The translations under genes and the position numbers were made by a program. From assembly GCF_001194135.2 (NCBI RefSeq), contig NC_068987.1:49038637-49102636 (forward strand): a stretch of DNA of 64,000 nucleotides, in the 5' to 3' direction. Source of the DNA: Octopus bimaculoides (taxonomy: Eukaryota). A model generated the notes under the pieces. The model did not search any database. It saw only the letters and a list, made by a program, of their open reading frames with translations, and had not been told where the DNA came from. Shown piece after piece: positions 11,936-25,434 of this stretch (position 1 is its first letter; every line of letters begins with the position of its first letter).

Positions 11936-12290
11936 ATCATCATCCTCATCATCATCGTTTAACGTCCGCCCTCCATGCTAGCATGGGTTGGACGATTTGA
12001 CTGAGGACTGGCGAACCAGATGGCTACACCAAGCTCCAATCTGATTTGGCAGAGTTTCTACAGCTGGATGTCCTCCGAGAGTGTAGTGGGTGCTTTTACG
12101 TGCCACCAGCACGAAGGCCAGTCAGGCGGTACTGGCAACGGCCATGCTCAAAATGGTCTATTTTACGTGCCACCTGCACAGGAACCAGTCCAGTGGCACT
12201 GGCAACGATCTCACTAGAATGTTTTTTCACGTGCCACCGGCACAAGTGCCAGTAAGGTGACGCTGCTAACGATCCTGCTCAATAATAATG
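11936..12290 (-). mobile_element. RTE LINE 3' UTR with three ~65-bp tandem units
   Basis: RTE terminus followed by three copies of a TTTTACGTGCCACC..GCAC..GCCAGT..ACTGGCAACG unit. Confidence 0.9.
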
Positions 12291-12336
12291 ATAATAACAT
12301 AATAATAATAACAACATTGAAAAACACCCTATGAGA

Positions 12337-12431
<95 letters not shown>

Positions 12432-12454
12432 GTGTGCAAATATATATATATATG

Positions 12455-13250
12455 GACGTGGTTGATAGCTTCTGATATTTGGGTGACCAAGTTAGTAGTG
12501 GGGGTGGGTGCACTGAAAGTGTAGCTGCTAGAATAAGAATAGCTTGGGCAAAGTTCAGAGAGCTCTTACCTCTGCTGGCGATAAAGTTCCTCTCACTCAG
12601 AGTAAAAGGCAGACTGTATGATGCATGTGTACGAACAACCATGCTACATGGCAGTGAAACATGGGCCATGACTGCTGAGGACATGCATAGGCTCGCAAGG
12701 AATGAAGCCAGTATGCTCCGATGGATGAGTAATGTCAGTGTGCATACTCAACAGAGTGTAAGTACCTTGAGAGAAAAGTTGAACCTAAGAAGCATCAGAT
12801 GTGGTGTGCAAGAGAGACGATTGCGCTGGTATGGTTATGTGGCGAGAATGGATTAGGATAGCTGTGTAAAAAAGTGTCATAGCCTAGCGGTTGAGGGAAC
12901 CTGTGGAAGAAGTATACCCAGGAAGACCTGGGATGAGCTGGTGAAGCACAACGTTTGAACATTAGGCCTCACCAAGGCAATGACTAGTGACCGAGACCTT
13001 TGGAAATATGCTGTGTGTGAGAAGACCCAGAAAGACAAGTGAGACAATAACCCGTGGCCTTTACCAGGGGTGTGGCCAGCCCACTTATGCGTACCTTTCC
13101 TTCTTTGGACACAAAACTCTGCTTGTGAAGACCTGTTGAGGCAAGTAAATCCAAATCAAATTCGAAATCGAACCAAATTCGACGACTGGCACCCATGCCA
13201 ACCTTCCTTCATTGGACACTAAACTCTGCTTGCGAAGACCTGCTGGGACT
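12455..13250 (+). mobile_element. RTE LINE ORF2 C-terminus and start of 3' UTR
   Basis: ORF 12479-12856: GDQVSSGGG...MLHGSETW...ERRLRWYG; then RKTW. Confidence 0.9.
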
Positions 13251-14574
13251 ACACTAACATCAAGAGAAGAGAGCTTAGATAACAGTATATGGTTTAAGAC
13301 ATTGAAAATACAATAATAAGTGTATTGAGAATTTCAAGCCATCGGCCCTTACTCTTATCATATGACACACCTATGAGAGAGCTTCTAAGCAATCACTCAA
13401 CATAAATAATCACCCTACATAAATAGCAGTGAGATTTCTCTAGAATTACACACTAACTTATTAAAAAACAAATGGAGAGACAAAATAGCCGAAAAGCCAC
13501 TGACATTAGGTTTGCATGATCAGGGCTGACTAAAATTAAACAAAAACAACAGCAGCTATCATATGAAATAAAGTGGCACACAGAGGTACCTTATATCTCA
13601 CAGTGTTTTTGGTGTCATAATTAGATTTAAAAAAAATTTAAATGATGGTTGAACTGTTAAACATCTGTTCTAAACTGAACATTCATCTCTTTATCATTAA
13701 TTTATAAAACCTGAAAAATGTTCACTTGCCAAATTATAAATCACCATCATCATCATCATCATCATCATCACCATCACCATCACCATCACCAGTTCACCGT
13801 CACCACCACTGTTGTTCTCAGCATTGTTAGCATTGGCATTGGTGTTGGCGTTGTCATCATAATAATGTAATGTCAACTTTCTTTGCTTGGTATGACTTGA
13901 ACTGGTTCTCACAGTCTAAGTCGGTTTTTAACTTGAATGCTTCATTTTTTGCTCAGCTTCTATGACTTCATGCCCTTCCATTTACCATCCGTATTACAGA
14001 GTATACAAAAGTGCATTTTATCATTGTTATCATATATTTGACAAGACTTAGGGTCCACTTCACCCTATGTTGTCTCTGCTCATTCACCAACCACTTCACA
14101 TAGTGTATTTTATCACTGCTCCAGTACTACTGAAGTTGCCTTGTATCCTATAAAACTGGAGGTCCTCACTTCTCAATGATGAAATATGCTGAGATGCTGT
14201 TTTTAATATTACTCCAGAAAATAAATTCAAAATATGCTTTTTGTTGTATATGTATTCTTTCAAGCACCCAGAGAAAAAGTTTTCACAAGTTCACCCCCTC
14301 ACAACTTGGTTGTGTCTTTTATAGTGCTACAAAGGAGACCAAATCTTTTGAACATTCTTTAGGATTAAATATGTTCCATAGAAAGAAGTTGTGTTCATGG
14401 ATGTAGGCAAAAAAGACAATAGTAGTATTGTTTAGCCCAAGGTCAACCCAAAGTTAGCTCTGACTAAATAAACCTACAATCATCACAGAGTAAACAAAGA
14501 ATTTGAAGTCAGAGGGTAGAGAAGTGGAACAAATATCACAGATATTTTATTCAACACTCTAGTGACAACATCAT

Positions 14575-14780
14575 CGTCATCATCATCATCATTGTTTGAT
14601 GTTCACTTTCCATACTGGCATGGGTTGGACAGTTTGACAGGAGCTGACCAAGCAGAAGACTGCACCAGAATTCTGTGTCTGTTTTAGCATTGTCTTCACA
14701 GCTGGATGCCCTTCCTAACACCAACTATCCTGCACAATGGACTGAGTACTTTTTACATAGGACCAACACTGGCAGGGTCA
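14575..14780 (-). mobile_element. Diverged RTE-type 3' terminus
   Basis: (CAT)n then TTCCATACTGGCATGGGTTGGACAG...CAGCTGGATGCCCTTCCTAAC. Confidence 0.7.
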
Positions 14781-15027
14781 CCAAGTAATTTGCAAGATGA
14801 AGATCCTTTAAGAGGGGAGGGAGCATTGGAGGAGGTGATCTTGTGCCAGATGATGGAAGGTTAGAGTGAAAGAGAGACAGAAACAGGTGTCTTGCTGTAG
14901 TGGAAGTACATTGTTGCCCAACCAGAGAAAGAGAGAGAGAGAGAGAGGGCAGGGAGATAGCAAGTGTGCAAGAGAGAGTAGGAGAGAGATGGTGTCAAAA
15001 TGTCAGGGGATCAGAATATAAATAGGA

Positions 15028-15062
<35 letters not shown>

Positions 15063-15075
15063 ATAAAGGATCATC

Positions 15076-15354
15076 GGTAAGGCCAGAACAATGCCAAGTA
15101 AATGCAAGGCAAATCACAAGAAAACAAATATATGAATTAATGTAGACTTATCTTGCATTCAATATGTCCACTCCATACATGTTCACTCCACACCCGCTCA
15201 CACACACACACACGCACATAGGCAACATACGTTAATTTCTTGAAGATGGAGTCATAACCCCAAAATATTGAATGCAAGGTAAGTCTACATTAATTCATAT
15301 ATTTGTTTTCTTGTGATTTGCTTTGCCTTTACTTTGCATTGTTCTGGCCTTACC
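15076..15354. mobile_element. Foldback/MITE with ~90-bp inverted arms
   Basis: 15076-15165 (GGTAAGGCCAGAACAATG...TTGCATTCAATAT) is the reverse complement of 15265-15354 with few mismatches. Confidence 0.8.
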
Positions 15355-17790
15355 CACAATCCTTTATACAATATATTCTGCACAANNNNNNNNNNNNNNN
15401 NNNNNNNNNNNNNNNNNNNNNNNNNNNNNNNNNNNNNNNNNNNNNNNNNNNNNNNNNNNNNNNNNNNNNNNNNNNNNNNNNNNNNNNNNNNNNNNNNNNN
15501 NNNNNNNNNNNNNNNNNNNNNNNNNNNNNNNNNNNNNNNNNNNNNNNNNNNNNNNNNNNNNNNNNNNNNNNNNNNNNNNNNNNNNNNNNNNNNNNNNNNN
15601 NNNNNNNNNNNNNNNNNNNNNNNNNNNNNNNNNNNNNNNNNNNNNNNNNNNNNNNNNNNNNNNNNNNNNNNNNNNNNNNNNNNNNNNNNNNNNNNNNNNN
15701 NNNNNNNNNNNNNNNNNNNNNNNNNNNNNNNNNNNNNNNNNNNNNNNNNNNNNNNNNNNNNNNNNNNNNNNNNNNNNNNNNNNNNNNNNNNNNNNNNNNN
15801 NNNNNNNNNNNNNNNNNNNNNNNNNNNNNNNNNNNNNNNNNNNNNNNNNNNNNNNNNNNNNNNNNNNNNNNNNNNNNNNNNNNNNNNNNNNNNNNNNNNN
15901 NNNNNNNNNNNNNNNNNNNNNNNNNNNNNNNNNNNNNNNNNNNNNNNNNNNNNNNNNNNNNNNNNNNNNNNNNNNNNNNNNNNNNNNNNNNNNNNNNNNN
16001 NNNNNNNNNNNNNNNNNNNNNNNNNNNNNNNNNNNNNNNNNNNNNNNNNNNNNNNNGGGCAGTTTCTGGAAAACAGAGTTTCGGATCAGACGGCCTACAT
16101 AAGTTGGAATTTCTGTTTTGACAGGGACTTTTTCCAATGTTTTTCATTAAAGTCTTCAGAATGATGGGAAGCATCTTTACACGAAAAAATAAAGAAAATA
16201 ATTTTGAAAATTCATTTTTTTCCCTCCTGCCACCACCCCAGTCCACAACGATTTTGGCCACTTTTTTTTCACTACGCACTTAAAACCTGTGAGAGAAACA
16301 TTTTTGGTTAAAAAAAAATTGTTTATATTTTCAGAGGGAAATGTGTGATTTAAGGGAGATCTGGCTGTTGTTTCCAACACATTCCAAAACCTCCCTCCTC
16401 ATTTCTTTTTCTCTCACACATCTATTGATATTTTTCAATATTTTTCTCCTCATAAACAAATTTTATGGAATGATAATGTCAGCGTAACACACGTGTAGTC
16501 CCAACCAAGTGAGGCCGTGTTATGTGTGTGTGTAAGAAAAATAAACACCTAAAAATATCTTTAGTGTTCATATTAATCTGTCAAATGTAACGCTTATTTG
16601 TTCATGTTATTTTGAATTATTTAGGTTCAAGAGGAGTGTCCACAATATTTGCTTGTAACTTTGTAAATTTTTTACATAGAGATTTGAAATTGTCAGTGGG
16701 TGTTTTATATACCACTGGTTTATAGTTATGTAATTTTAGCTGATCTTAGTGAGTCAATTTGACTTTTATGGGCAGGTAAATTTAATTAACAGGTGTAAAA
16801 ACAATAACATTATGGATAAACACTAAAATTGAAATTCTTAATGCGTCTTACCTGTTTGATTTGTTACTAAAATTATCCCAGATGGCAACCAACAAAAATT
16901 TCACCACTTTTTAAGATGAAGTACATTAATTTGAATTAATTAAAATACAGGTATAATTGGCAAATATTTTGTACCTCAGTGTGGAATGACTTGTCTCCAG
17001 TTTTTTTTTTTTTTTTNNNNNNNNNNNNNNNNNNNNNNNNNNNNNNNNNNNNNNNNNNNNNNNNNNNNNNNNNNNNNNNNNNNNNNNNNNNNNNNNNNNN
17101 NNNNNNNNNNNNNNNNNNNNNNNNNNNNNNNNNNNNNNNNNNNNNNNNNNNNNNNNNNNNNNNNNNNNNNNNNNNNNNNNNNNNNNNNNNNNNNNNNNNN
17201 NNNNNNNNNNNNNNNNNNNNNNNNNNNNNNNNNNTGCATCCAGCATATCTGATCTCCAAACCTGCCACAAGCCACTTTTTTCTGGAAAAGAAAGGTAGGA
17301 GGGGTGGTGGGGACCTCGAAGTTTTTCAATAAGGGAGTTTTGTTTCACAGGTCTGTCTATCTAGCTATTGATCCATTTATCTGTCTGTCTAACCATCTAT
17401 CTACCTATCTACTTTTATACCTACTCCTGTATCCAGAAACCTTTTATACATTTTTAAACTTTAAAAATATTTATATTCATCAACCTATTATGAAAATTAA
17501 ATTAGACCTCCTTATACTCTACGATTTTCATTGCATTTTACATTGTTTGACTTAATTTTATTTTCTTTCATTTCTCCACTTTATTGTATCTTATTCTGTT
17601 TTACTTAATTTAATTTAATTTTTATTTTATTTCCTCAAATCTTCCATTCTATCTATCCTACTAATGGCATTACCCTCTTATCTTACTAAACCTCTGTGTG
17701 TATGTGTATATATATATACATACATGCATACACATATGCATGTGCGCATGTGCACACACACACATGCACACACATATATATATACATATA

Positions 17791-18010
17791 AGGGGGTATT
17801 GAAAAGTTCCTGGCTTTAAGGGTTGCTCAAAAGGCTTGGTTGGAGGCCCAACACTCCAAGTTCTTTTACAGGGCTTAGAAAAACTGAAGGACCACTACAA
17901 TAAGTGTGTGAGTGTGAAAAGGGAAAAGGAATATATTGAATAAAAGCATGATTAACTGATCTTCTTGTATTTTCTTTTATCTAAAGCCAGGAACTTTTCA
18001 GCACCCCCTG
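17791..18010 (+). mobile_element. Mariner-derived MITE
   Basis: TIRs GGGGGTATTGAAAAGTTCCTGGCTTTA / TAAAGCCAGGAACTTTTCAGCACCCCC; the interior resembles a mariner transposase C-terminus (GLEKLKDHYNKCV...EYIE stop). Confidence 0.85.
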
Positions 18011-19251
18011 ATATACATACATACACACACACACACACATACATACACATACACACACACACATACACACATACACACGCACACACACACACACACATAA
18101 ATATATACATAGATATATAAATAAATATATGGTTTTGAGTGTTATTTAGTTGAATGAGTATATTTGTGTATGAGTGTGTTGAGAGGGAGAGAGAGAGGAT
18201 GTGAATGTCATTTACTTTTGTTCATTATATAACAATGTCACCCAGTTAACCAGATAAATAAATTCTTGACTCATAATTATTCATTATGTGGTCTGTAATT
18301 ATCTTCTGTTCATCATTTTCATTTATTTTTTTATGTTTTGTTTTGTTTTTATCTGGTTTATTCCTTAGAACAATTTTATTCAAAGTATATAATTTCAGAG
18401 TAATAAATAATTTAGTTTTAATTAAAGTAATTAGTAAATTCCATTGAGTGACACCTCACCCCCTGCACCATAGTGGCCTAGTGCCAAACAGAGAGAATAT
18501 CATCATCATCATCATCAGTGTACTTTTCCATGCTTGCATAAATCAGAGGAAAGTACATTTCAGATGAAAGAAACATTTCCAGCAGCTGGATGCCCTTTCT
18601 GTTGTCAACCCCTATTTCTGAGCAAAGTAACAATCTCTAAGTCTATCAAACAGCAAGAAAGCCTGGCATGTTTGCATGGAGATTTGAAACAAACAGCACT
18701 GTATGAATGAGCCTTTACATCCTGTAACATGTCAAGAAATGTCAAGAAACCAGGACAAGCTTTCACAGTGAACTGCAAGTAACATCATCAGCCCTTCCTA
18801 ACGCCATGCTCTTCCGCTTTACAGAGTGTACCATCACCAATTATTTTTGTGTGGCACCAGCACCAGTGTTTTTTTACTTGGCACATGCACCCAATGTAGT
18901 ATGTATGTAAACAAGGCAAATTTAATTATTTCTCCATTCTGTGCGTTTTTGTACTTCGTTGTACAGATATCATGTGATCGTTGTAAAATAAGTGTAATCT
19001 GTGAAAACCTGTTTGGTCATAGGGAAATATTACCTTACTTGGAAATAAGTGAGGGTTGGTTGAAGGAACGGCATCTGGCTGTAGAAAATCTGCTTCATTG
19101 CATTCCCTCTAACCCATGTAAACATGTAAAAGAGGATGTTGAATAGAGGATTCTTGTACAAAATCAATTGGTTTATACTGATGCAAGGAACCACTATTAG
19201 GCAAAAATAGTGAAGAAAAGAAATGTTTGCCTCAGTAACTATTTAAACAGA

Positions 19252-19285
<34 letters not shown>

Positions 19286-19600
19286 TTTCTCTTGTTTTCT
19301 TTCATTATCCCACTCATTTTACTTATTTGTTTTTATGCATATGTATATGTGTAAGCATGATTCTATGTATGTCCGTATACATGTATGCATGAATGTTTGT
19401 TCTTATTTATGTATGTGTGTATGCATGTTTATATGTATGTACATATGTATGTTTATATGTGTGCATATATATATTATATATATATTAATTATGCAATTTT
19501 TCCAGCAGCATTCTAGAATGTGCTTCTCCCTCAGATTTATGATTTACTGATGATATATATACATACATACATACATACATACATACATACATACATACAT

Positions 19601-19634
<34 letters not shown>

Positions 19635-19875
19635 TTACAAGTATTAATATAAATATTATGTATGTGTATATGTATATGTGTGTGTGTGTGTATGTATGCA
19701 TATATATATGCATATATATATATGGGTATGTATATCTTCTTTTATAGATTTAGGAACTTGTAAATATAGCAATTTCATCATATGTCCTCTGCCAGTTCAT
19801 TTTCATGAACTCTCAAGAAATTGCTGCAAACTCAGATTTGATAACAGCTAGTCTACTAGAGTTCTTCTTGTAGTA

Positions 19876-19907
<32 letters not shown>

Positions 19908-19949
19908 GGCTGCATGCATGCATGTAGGTGCTTACATATATGGGTTTAT

Positions 19950-20368
19950 CATTATCATCATCATCGTTTAATGTCCGCTTTCCATGCTGGGATGAGTTGC
20001 ATGGTTTGACAGGAGCTGGGGAGATGTCCAAACTCCAATTGTCTGTTGTGGCATGGTTTCTACGGCTGGATGTCCTTCCTAACACCAACCACTTAATAGA
20101 GTATGCTGAGTGTTTTTTATGTGCTTTATATATAAATCATCATTATCATCATCATCGTTTAACGTCCGCTTTCCATGCTAGCATGGGTTGGACGATTTGA
20201 CTGAGGACTGGTGAAACCGGATGGCAACACCAGGCTCCAATCTAATTTGGCAGAGTTTCTACAGCTGGATGCCCTTCCTAACGCCAACCACTCAGAGAGT
20301 GTAGTGGGTGCTTTTACGTGTCACCCGCACGAAAACGGCCATGCTCGAAATGGTGTCTTTTATGTGCC
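19950..20368 (-). mobile_element. Two adjacent RTE 3' termini
   Basis: (CAT)n-CGTTTAA(T/C)GTCCGCTTTCCATGCT at ~19965 and ~20155; the second runs into a gap. Confidence 0.85.
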
Positions 20369-21189
20369 NNNNNNNNNNNNNNNNNNNNNNNNNNNNNNNN
20401 NNNNNNNNNNNNNNNNNNNNNNNNNNNNNNNNNNNNNNNNNNNNNNNNNNNNNNNNNNNNNNNNNNNNNNNNNNNNNNNNNNNNNNNNNNNNNNNNNNNN
20501 NNNNNNNNNNNNNNNNNNNNNNNNNNNNNNNNNNNNNNNNNNNNNNNNNNNNNNNNNNNNNNNNNNNNNNNNNNNNNNNNNNNNNNNNNNNNNNNNNNNN
20601 NNNNNNNNNNNNNNNNNNNNNNNNNNNNNNNNNNNNNNNNNNNNNNNNNNNNNNNNNNNNNNNNNNNNNNNNNNNNNNNNNNNNNNNNNNNNNNNNNNNN
20701 NNNNNNNNNNNNNNNNNNNNNNNNNNNNNNNNNNNNNNNNNNNNNNNNNNNNNNNNNNNNNNNNNNNNNNNNNNNNNNNNNNNNNNNNNNNNNNNNNNNN
20801 NNNNNNNNNNNNNNNNNNNNNNNNNNNNNNNNNNNNNNNNNNNNNNNNNNNNNNNNNNNNNNNNNNNNNNNNNNNNNNNNNNNNNNNNNNNNNNNNNNNN
20901 NNNNNNNNNNNNNNNNNNNNNNNNNNNNNNNNNNNNNNNNNNNNNNNNNNNNNNNNNNNNNNNNNNNNNNNNNNNNNNNNNNNNNNNNNNNNNNNNNNNN
21001 NNNNNNNNNNNNNNNNNNNNNNNNNNNNNNNNNNNNNNNNNNNNNNNNNNNNNNNNNNNNNNNNNNNNNNNNNNNNNNNNNNNNNNNNNNNNNNNNNNNN
21101 NNNNNNNNNNNNNNNNNNNNNNNNNNNNNNNNNNNNNNNTATATATATATATATGTATAATATATATATATATATTTGTATATATAAAA

Positions 21190-21350
21190 CAGACTTCTTT
21201 CAGTTTCCATCTACTAAATCCACTCACAAAGCTTTGGTTGGACCAACGCTATAGTAGTAGTTACATGCCCAAGGTGCCATGCAGTGGGACTGAATCCAGA
21301 ACCCTGTGGTTGGGAAGCAAGTTTCTTATCACATAGCCATACTTGCACCT
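21190..21350 (-). mobile_element. SINE family A head
   Basis: CTTTCAGTTTCCATCTACTAAATCCACTCACAAAGC...GTGGGACTGAA is the reverse complement of family A. Confidence 0.8.
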
Positions 21351-21789
21351 ATCTTTTCTACTAAGGTCAGAAATTTTTAGGGAAGGGACCACTGAATTAT
21401 ATTGACCCTCGGTGTTTAACCATTACTTATCTTATCAACATAAAAATGGTGAAAGGCAAAATGTAAAGAGCCCAGAGAAACACTGCTAAACATGTTGCCC
21501 AAGTTGGTAACAATTCTGCCATCTCACAGCCTTTACACCCCCCTCTCTCTCTCACACACACACACACATTATATACATCCTAATCATCTAACTTTACCCT
21601 GCCTCATCACCCTGCCTAGAATCATTGCATCTTATCTCTTCTGCTTTACCTCAGTTATAGGAGCCACTTTAGTTCTCTTGATTTGCCAATTACAAAGTGA
21701 TTTTCACTAGTGCTGGCACCATGAAAAAATACTCCCAGTACAATTTGTAATCTAGGATGTCCACAAGTAAAAATCATACCAAGTCTGCT

Positions 21790-23034
21790 CTCCATGCTAG
21801 CATGGGTTGGACGGTTTGACTGGGGACTGGTGAACCAGGTGGCTACACCAGACTCCAATCTGATCTGACAGAGTTTCTACAGCTGGATGCCCTTCCAAAT
21901 ACCAACCAGTTCGAGAGAGTAGTGGGTGCTTTTTACGTGCCACTGGCACAAGGGCCAGTCTGGCAGTACTGGCAACGGCCACACTCAAATGGTGTTTTTT
22001 ACATGCCACCTGCACAGGAGTCAGTCAAATGTTTTGTTCACATGTCACTGGCACAAGTGCCAGTAAGGCAAAGCTGGAAACAATCACGCTCAAATGGTGC
22101 TTTTTATCTGCCACTGGCATGGAAGCGAGACCACTACCTTGACAGTGATCCCACTCGGATGGTGCTGTTAGTGCTCCACTGGCATGGGTGCCAGTCATCG
22201 AATTTGGTTCAGTTTCAATCTCACTTGCCCCAACAGGTCTTCGCAAGCTGAGTTTAGTGTCCAATGAAGGAAGGTTGGCATGGGTGCCAGTCAACAAATT
22301 TGGTTCAATTTCGATTTCAATTTCACTTGCCTCAACAGGTCTTCGCAAGCAGAGTTTTGTCTCCAAATAAGGAAAGGTACGCATAAGTGGGCTGGCTACA
22401 ACCCTGGTAAAGGCCATGGGTTATGGTCTCACTTGTCTTGCCTGGTCTTCTCATGCACAGCATATTTCCAAAGGTCTTGGTCACCAGTCATTGCCTTGGT
22501 GAGGCCTAATGTTCAACGGTCATGCTTCACCAGCTTATCCCAGGTTTTCCTGGGTATACTTCTTCCACAGGTACCCTCAACCACTAGGCTGTGGCACTTT
22601 TTCACACAGCTATCCTCATCCATTCTTGCTAAATGTCCATACCAGCGCAATCGTCTCTCTTGCACATCACAACTGATGCTTCTTAGGTTCAACTTTTCTC
22701 TCACGGTACTTGCACTCTGACGAGTATTCACACTGACATTACACATCCAGCAGAGCATACTGGCTTCATTCCATGTGAGCTTACGCATGCCTTCAGCAGT
22801 CACGGCCCATGTTTCACTGCCATGCAGCATGGCTGTTCGTATACATGCATCATACAGTCTGCCTTTTACTCTGAGAGAGAGGCCCTTTGTCACCACCAGA
22901 GGTAAGAGCTCTCTCAACTTTGCCAGGCTATTCTTATTCTAGCAGCTACACTTTCAGTGCACCCTCCCCTGCTACTGACTTGGTCACCTAGGTAATGGAA
23001 GCTATCAACTACTTCTAGTTTTTCTCCTTGGAAT
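21790..23034 (-). mobile_element. RTE LINE 3' part (ORF2 C-terminus plus tandem-repeat 3' UTR)
   Basis: ORF 22513-22917 (RELLPL...MLHGSETW...RLRWYGH...RKTW), then ~100-bp and ~65-bp tandem units and the terminus. Confidence 0.92.
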
Positions 23035-23759
23035 NNNNNNNNNNNNNNNNNNNNNNNNNNNNNNNNNNNNNNNNNNNNNNNNNNNNNNNNNNNNNNNNNN
23101 NNNNNNNNNNNNNNNNNNNNNNNNNNNNNNNNNNNNNNNNNNNNNNNNNNNNNNNNNNNNNNNNNNNNNNNNNNNNNNNNNNNNNNNNNNNNNNNNNNNN
23201 NNNNNNNNNNNNNNNNNNNNNNNNNNNNNNNNNNNNNNNNNNNNNNNNNNNNNNNNNNNNNNNNNNNNNNNNNNNNNNNNNNNNNNNNNNNNNNNNNNNN
23301 NNNNNNNNNNNNNNNNNNNNNNNNNNNNNNNNNNNNNNNNNNNNNNNNNNNNNNNNNNNNNNNNNNNNNNNNNNNNNNNNNNNNNNNNNNNNNNNNNNNN
23401 NNNNNNNNNNNNNNNNNNNNNNNNNNNNNNNNNNNNNNNNNNNNNNNNNNNNNNNNNNNNNNNNNNNNNNNNNNNNNNNNNNNNNNNNNNNNNNNNNNNN
23501 NNNNNNNNNNNNNNNNNNNNNNNNNNNNNNNNNNNNNNNNNNNNNNNNNNNNNNNNNNNNNNNNNNNNNNNNNNNNNNNNNNNNNNNNNNNNNNNNNNNN
23601 NNNNNNNNNNNNNNNNNNNNNNNNNNNNNNNNNNNNNNNNNNNNNNNNNNNNNNNNNNNNNNNNNNNNNNNNNNNNNNNNNNNNNNNNNNNNNNNNNNNN
23701 NNNNNNNNNNNNNNNNNNNNNNNNNNNNNNNNNNNNTGTGTCTGAGGAGGCTCGTTTTC

Positions 23760-23980
23760 TTATTGTGCCTTAAAATTTAACACACTCAGCGGTAAAATTT
23801 CCACTTATTTTTCTTTTTATTTTCCTAAAATTTTTGTTGCGTCTTGTAACCTTATCAATATTCTTGGAACAGTCAAGACTATTGATAAGGTTGCAAGATG
23901 CCACAAAAATTTTAGGATAATGAAAAGAAAAATAAGTGGAAATTTTACCGCTGAGTGTGTTAAATTTTAAAGCACAATAA
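23760..23980. mobile_element. Foldback/MITE with ~101-bp inverted arms
   Basis: 23760-23860 is the reverse complement of 23880-23980 with about 6 mismatches; 19-nt loop. Confidence 0.88.
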
Positions 23981-25050
23981 CAAAATGACTCTCCCCAGAC
24001 ACAACAGAATATGCTTCAACACACGAAATCACATAAAAAAGTTTCAGGTTACCTCTGCTGAAGAAATTCCATCAGTGGAGGTGGGCATGGTAGGGCTGAA
24101 TGGAGAGATAGGGAAGGGTTGGGGAGAGTCATATAATTGTAGAATTCAGGTATGCATTAACTATTTTGCTAATGATGATGTCTGTAGGGAGTGTGTGAGT
24201 GTGTGTGTATGTGTGTGTGTGTCTGTGCATCTGTGTATGTGAGGGAGAGGGAGAGAATTTCTACAAATTTGTGTATGTGTGTGTTTGTATGTATTTATAC
24301 CATGCTTGTATATGTGTACGTGTGTGTGTATGTGTGTGTATGCGTGCATGTGTATGCACGTGTATGTATGTGTATGTGTGTGTAAGTATGTGTGCCTGTG
24401 TGTGCACATGTATATGTATGTGTGCATGTGTCTATGTGTGTCTGTGTATTTTGGATATATACACATGTCATTGATAATATACACATGAAAGGAGATTGGT
24501 TTGGAATGAGAGGAACAAATAGTAAAGGGTGTGGGAGCAATAGTGAGGGAGGAGGATGAACAGAAGGATGAGAGTGAAGAGAAGGAGAAGGAAGAGGAGC
24601 TGAGCTGAAGCAGGCAAGAGGAGGAGGCAGGAAAAGGGAGAGGAGATTTAGTGTAAAGAAAAGAAGGTGCCAGAGTTTTGAGCATGAAAGGAATATGTAA
24701 GGTACTGGTGTTATGTTTCAGTCTCTCTTGACTGGGCATTATGGCAGTTTGCAAATATCTGAAGTCTGAGACTGAAGCTAAGTAATTTGCATCACACGTA
24801 AAATGCTACATAGATCTTGGATAGGTATGTGAGAGTGTATGCATACACATGTGTGTGTGTACGTGTGTGTGTGTACGTGTGTGTGTGTACGTGTGTGTGT
24901 GTACGTGTATGTGTGTATGTGTGTGTGTGTGCGTGTGCGTGTATGTATGTATGTATGTACATACATGCATATAAAATATGCATATATTATATATGAGTAA
25001 GTGGATAAATGAAAGAAAGGGCACTCAACACATTTATTGGCAGTTATATG

Positions 25051-25176
25051 TATTATTCAAAACAGTTTGATTCGGATTCCATGCTACTTCAAGCTTTGAA
25101 GGGACAAGAAAGGCTCTGTTAGGGCCTTCAAAGCTTGAAGTAGCATGGAATCCAAATCAAACTGTTTTGAATAATA
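25051..25176. repeat. Near-perfect 52-bp-stem hairpin (mini-MITE or hairpin RNA)
   Basis: 25051-25102 versus 25125-25176 has one mismatch and a 22-nt loop; TA at both ends. Confidence 0.9.
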
Positions 25177-25237
25177 TATGTGTGTGTGTGTGTGTGTGTG
25201 TACATCCATCCATCCATCCATACATACATACATACAT

Positions 25238-25318
25238 ATCTTTTACTTGTTTCAGTCATTTGACTGTGGCCATGCTGGAGCACTGCCTTTAGTCGAGCAA
25301 ATGGGCCCCAGGACTTAT
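25238..25318 (-). mobile_element. SINE family D 3' fragment
   Basis: CTTTTACTTGTTTCAGTCATTTGACTGTGGCCATGCTGGAGCAC is the reverse complement of copies at 36735 and 45855. Confidence 0.75.
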
Positions 25319-25434
25319 ATCTTCTACTATAGTTTTACAAATTTAGGTGCATTTTCAATAACAAATTTGCCTATATTTTTTCCTGTGTGGAAATACACCC
25401 CTTCTTTTGCTATACACACACACACACACACACA

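Noticed and set aside
12088-12290. Repeat-spacer-like array resembling CRISPR
   Set aside because: Whole units are homologous with no unique spacers, they lie in a LINE 3' UTR, the context is eukaryotic, and there are no cas genes.
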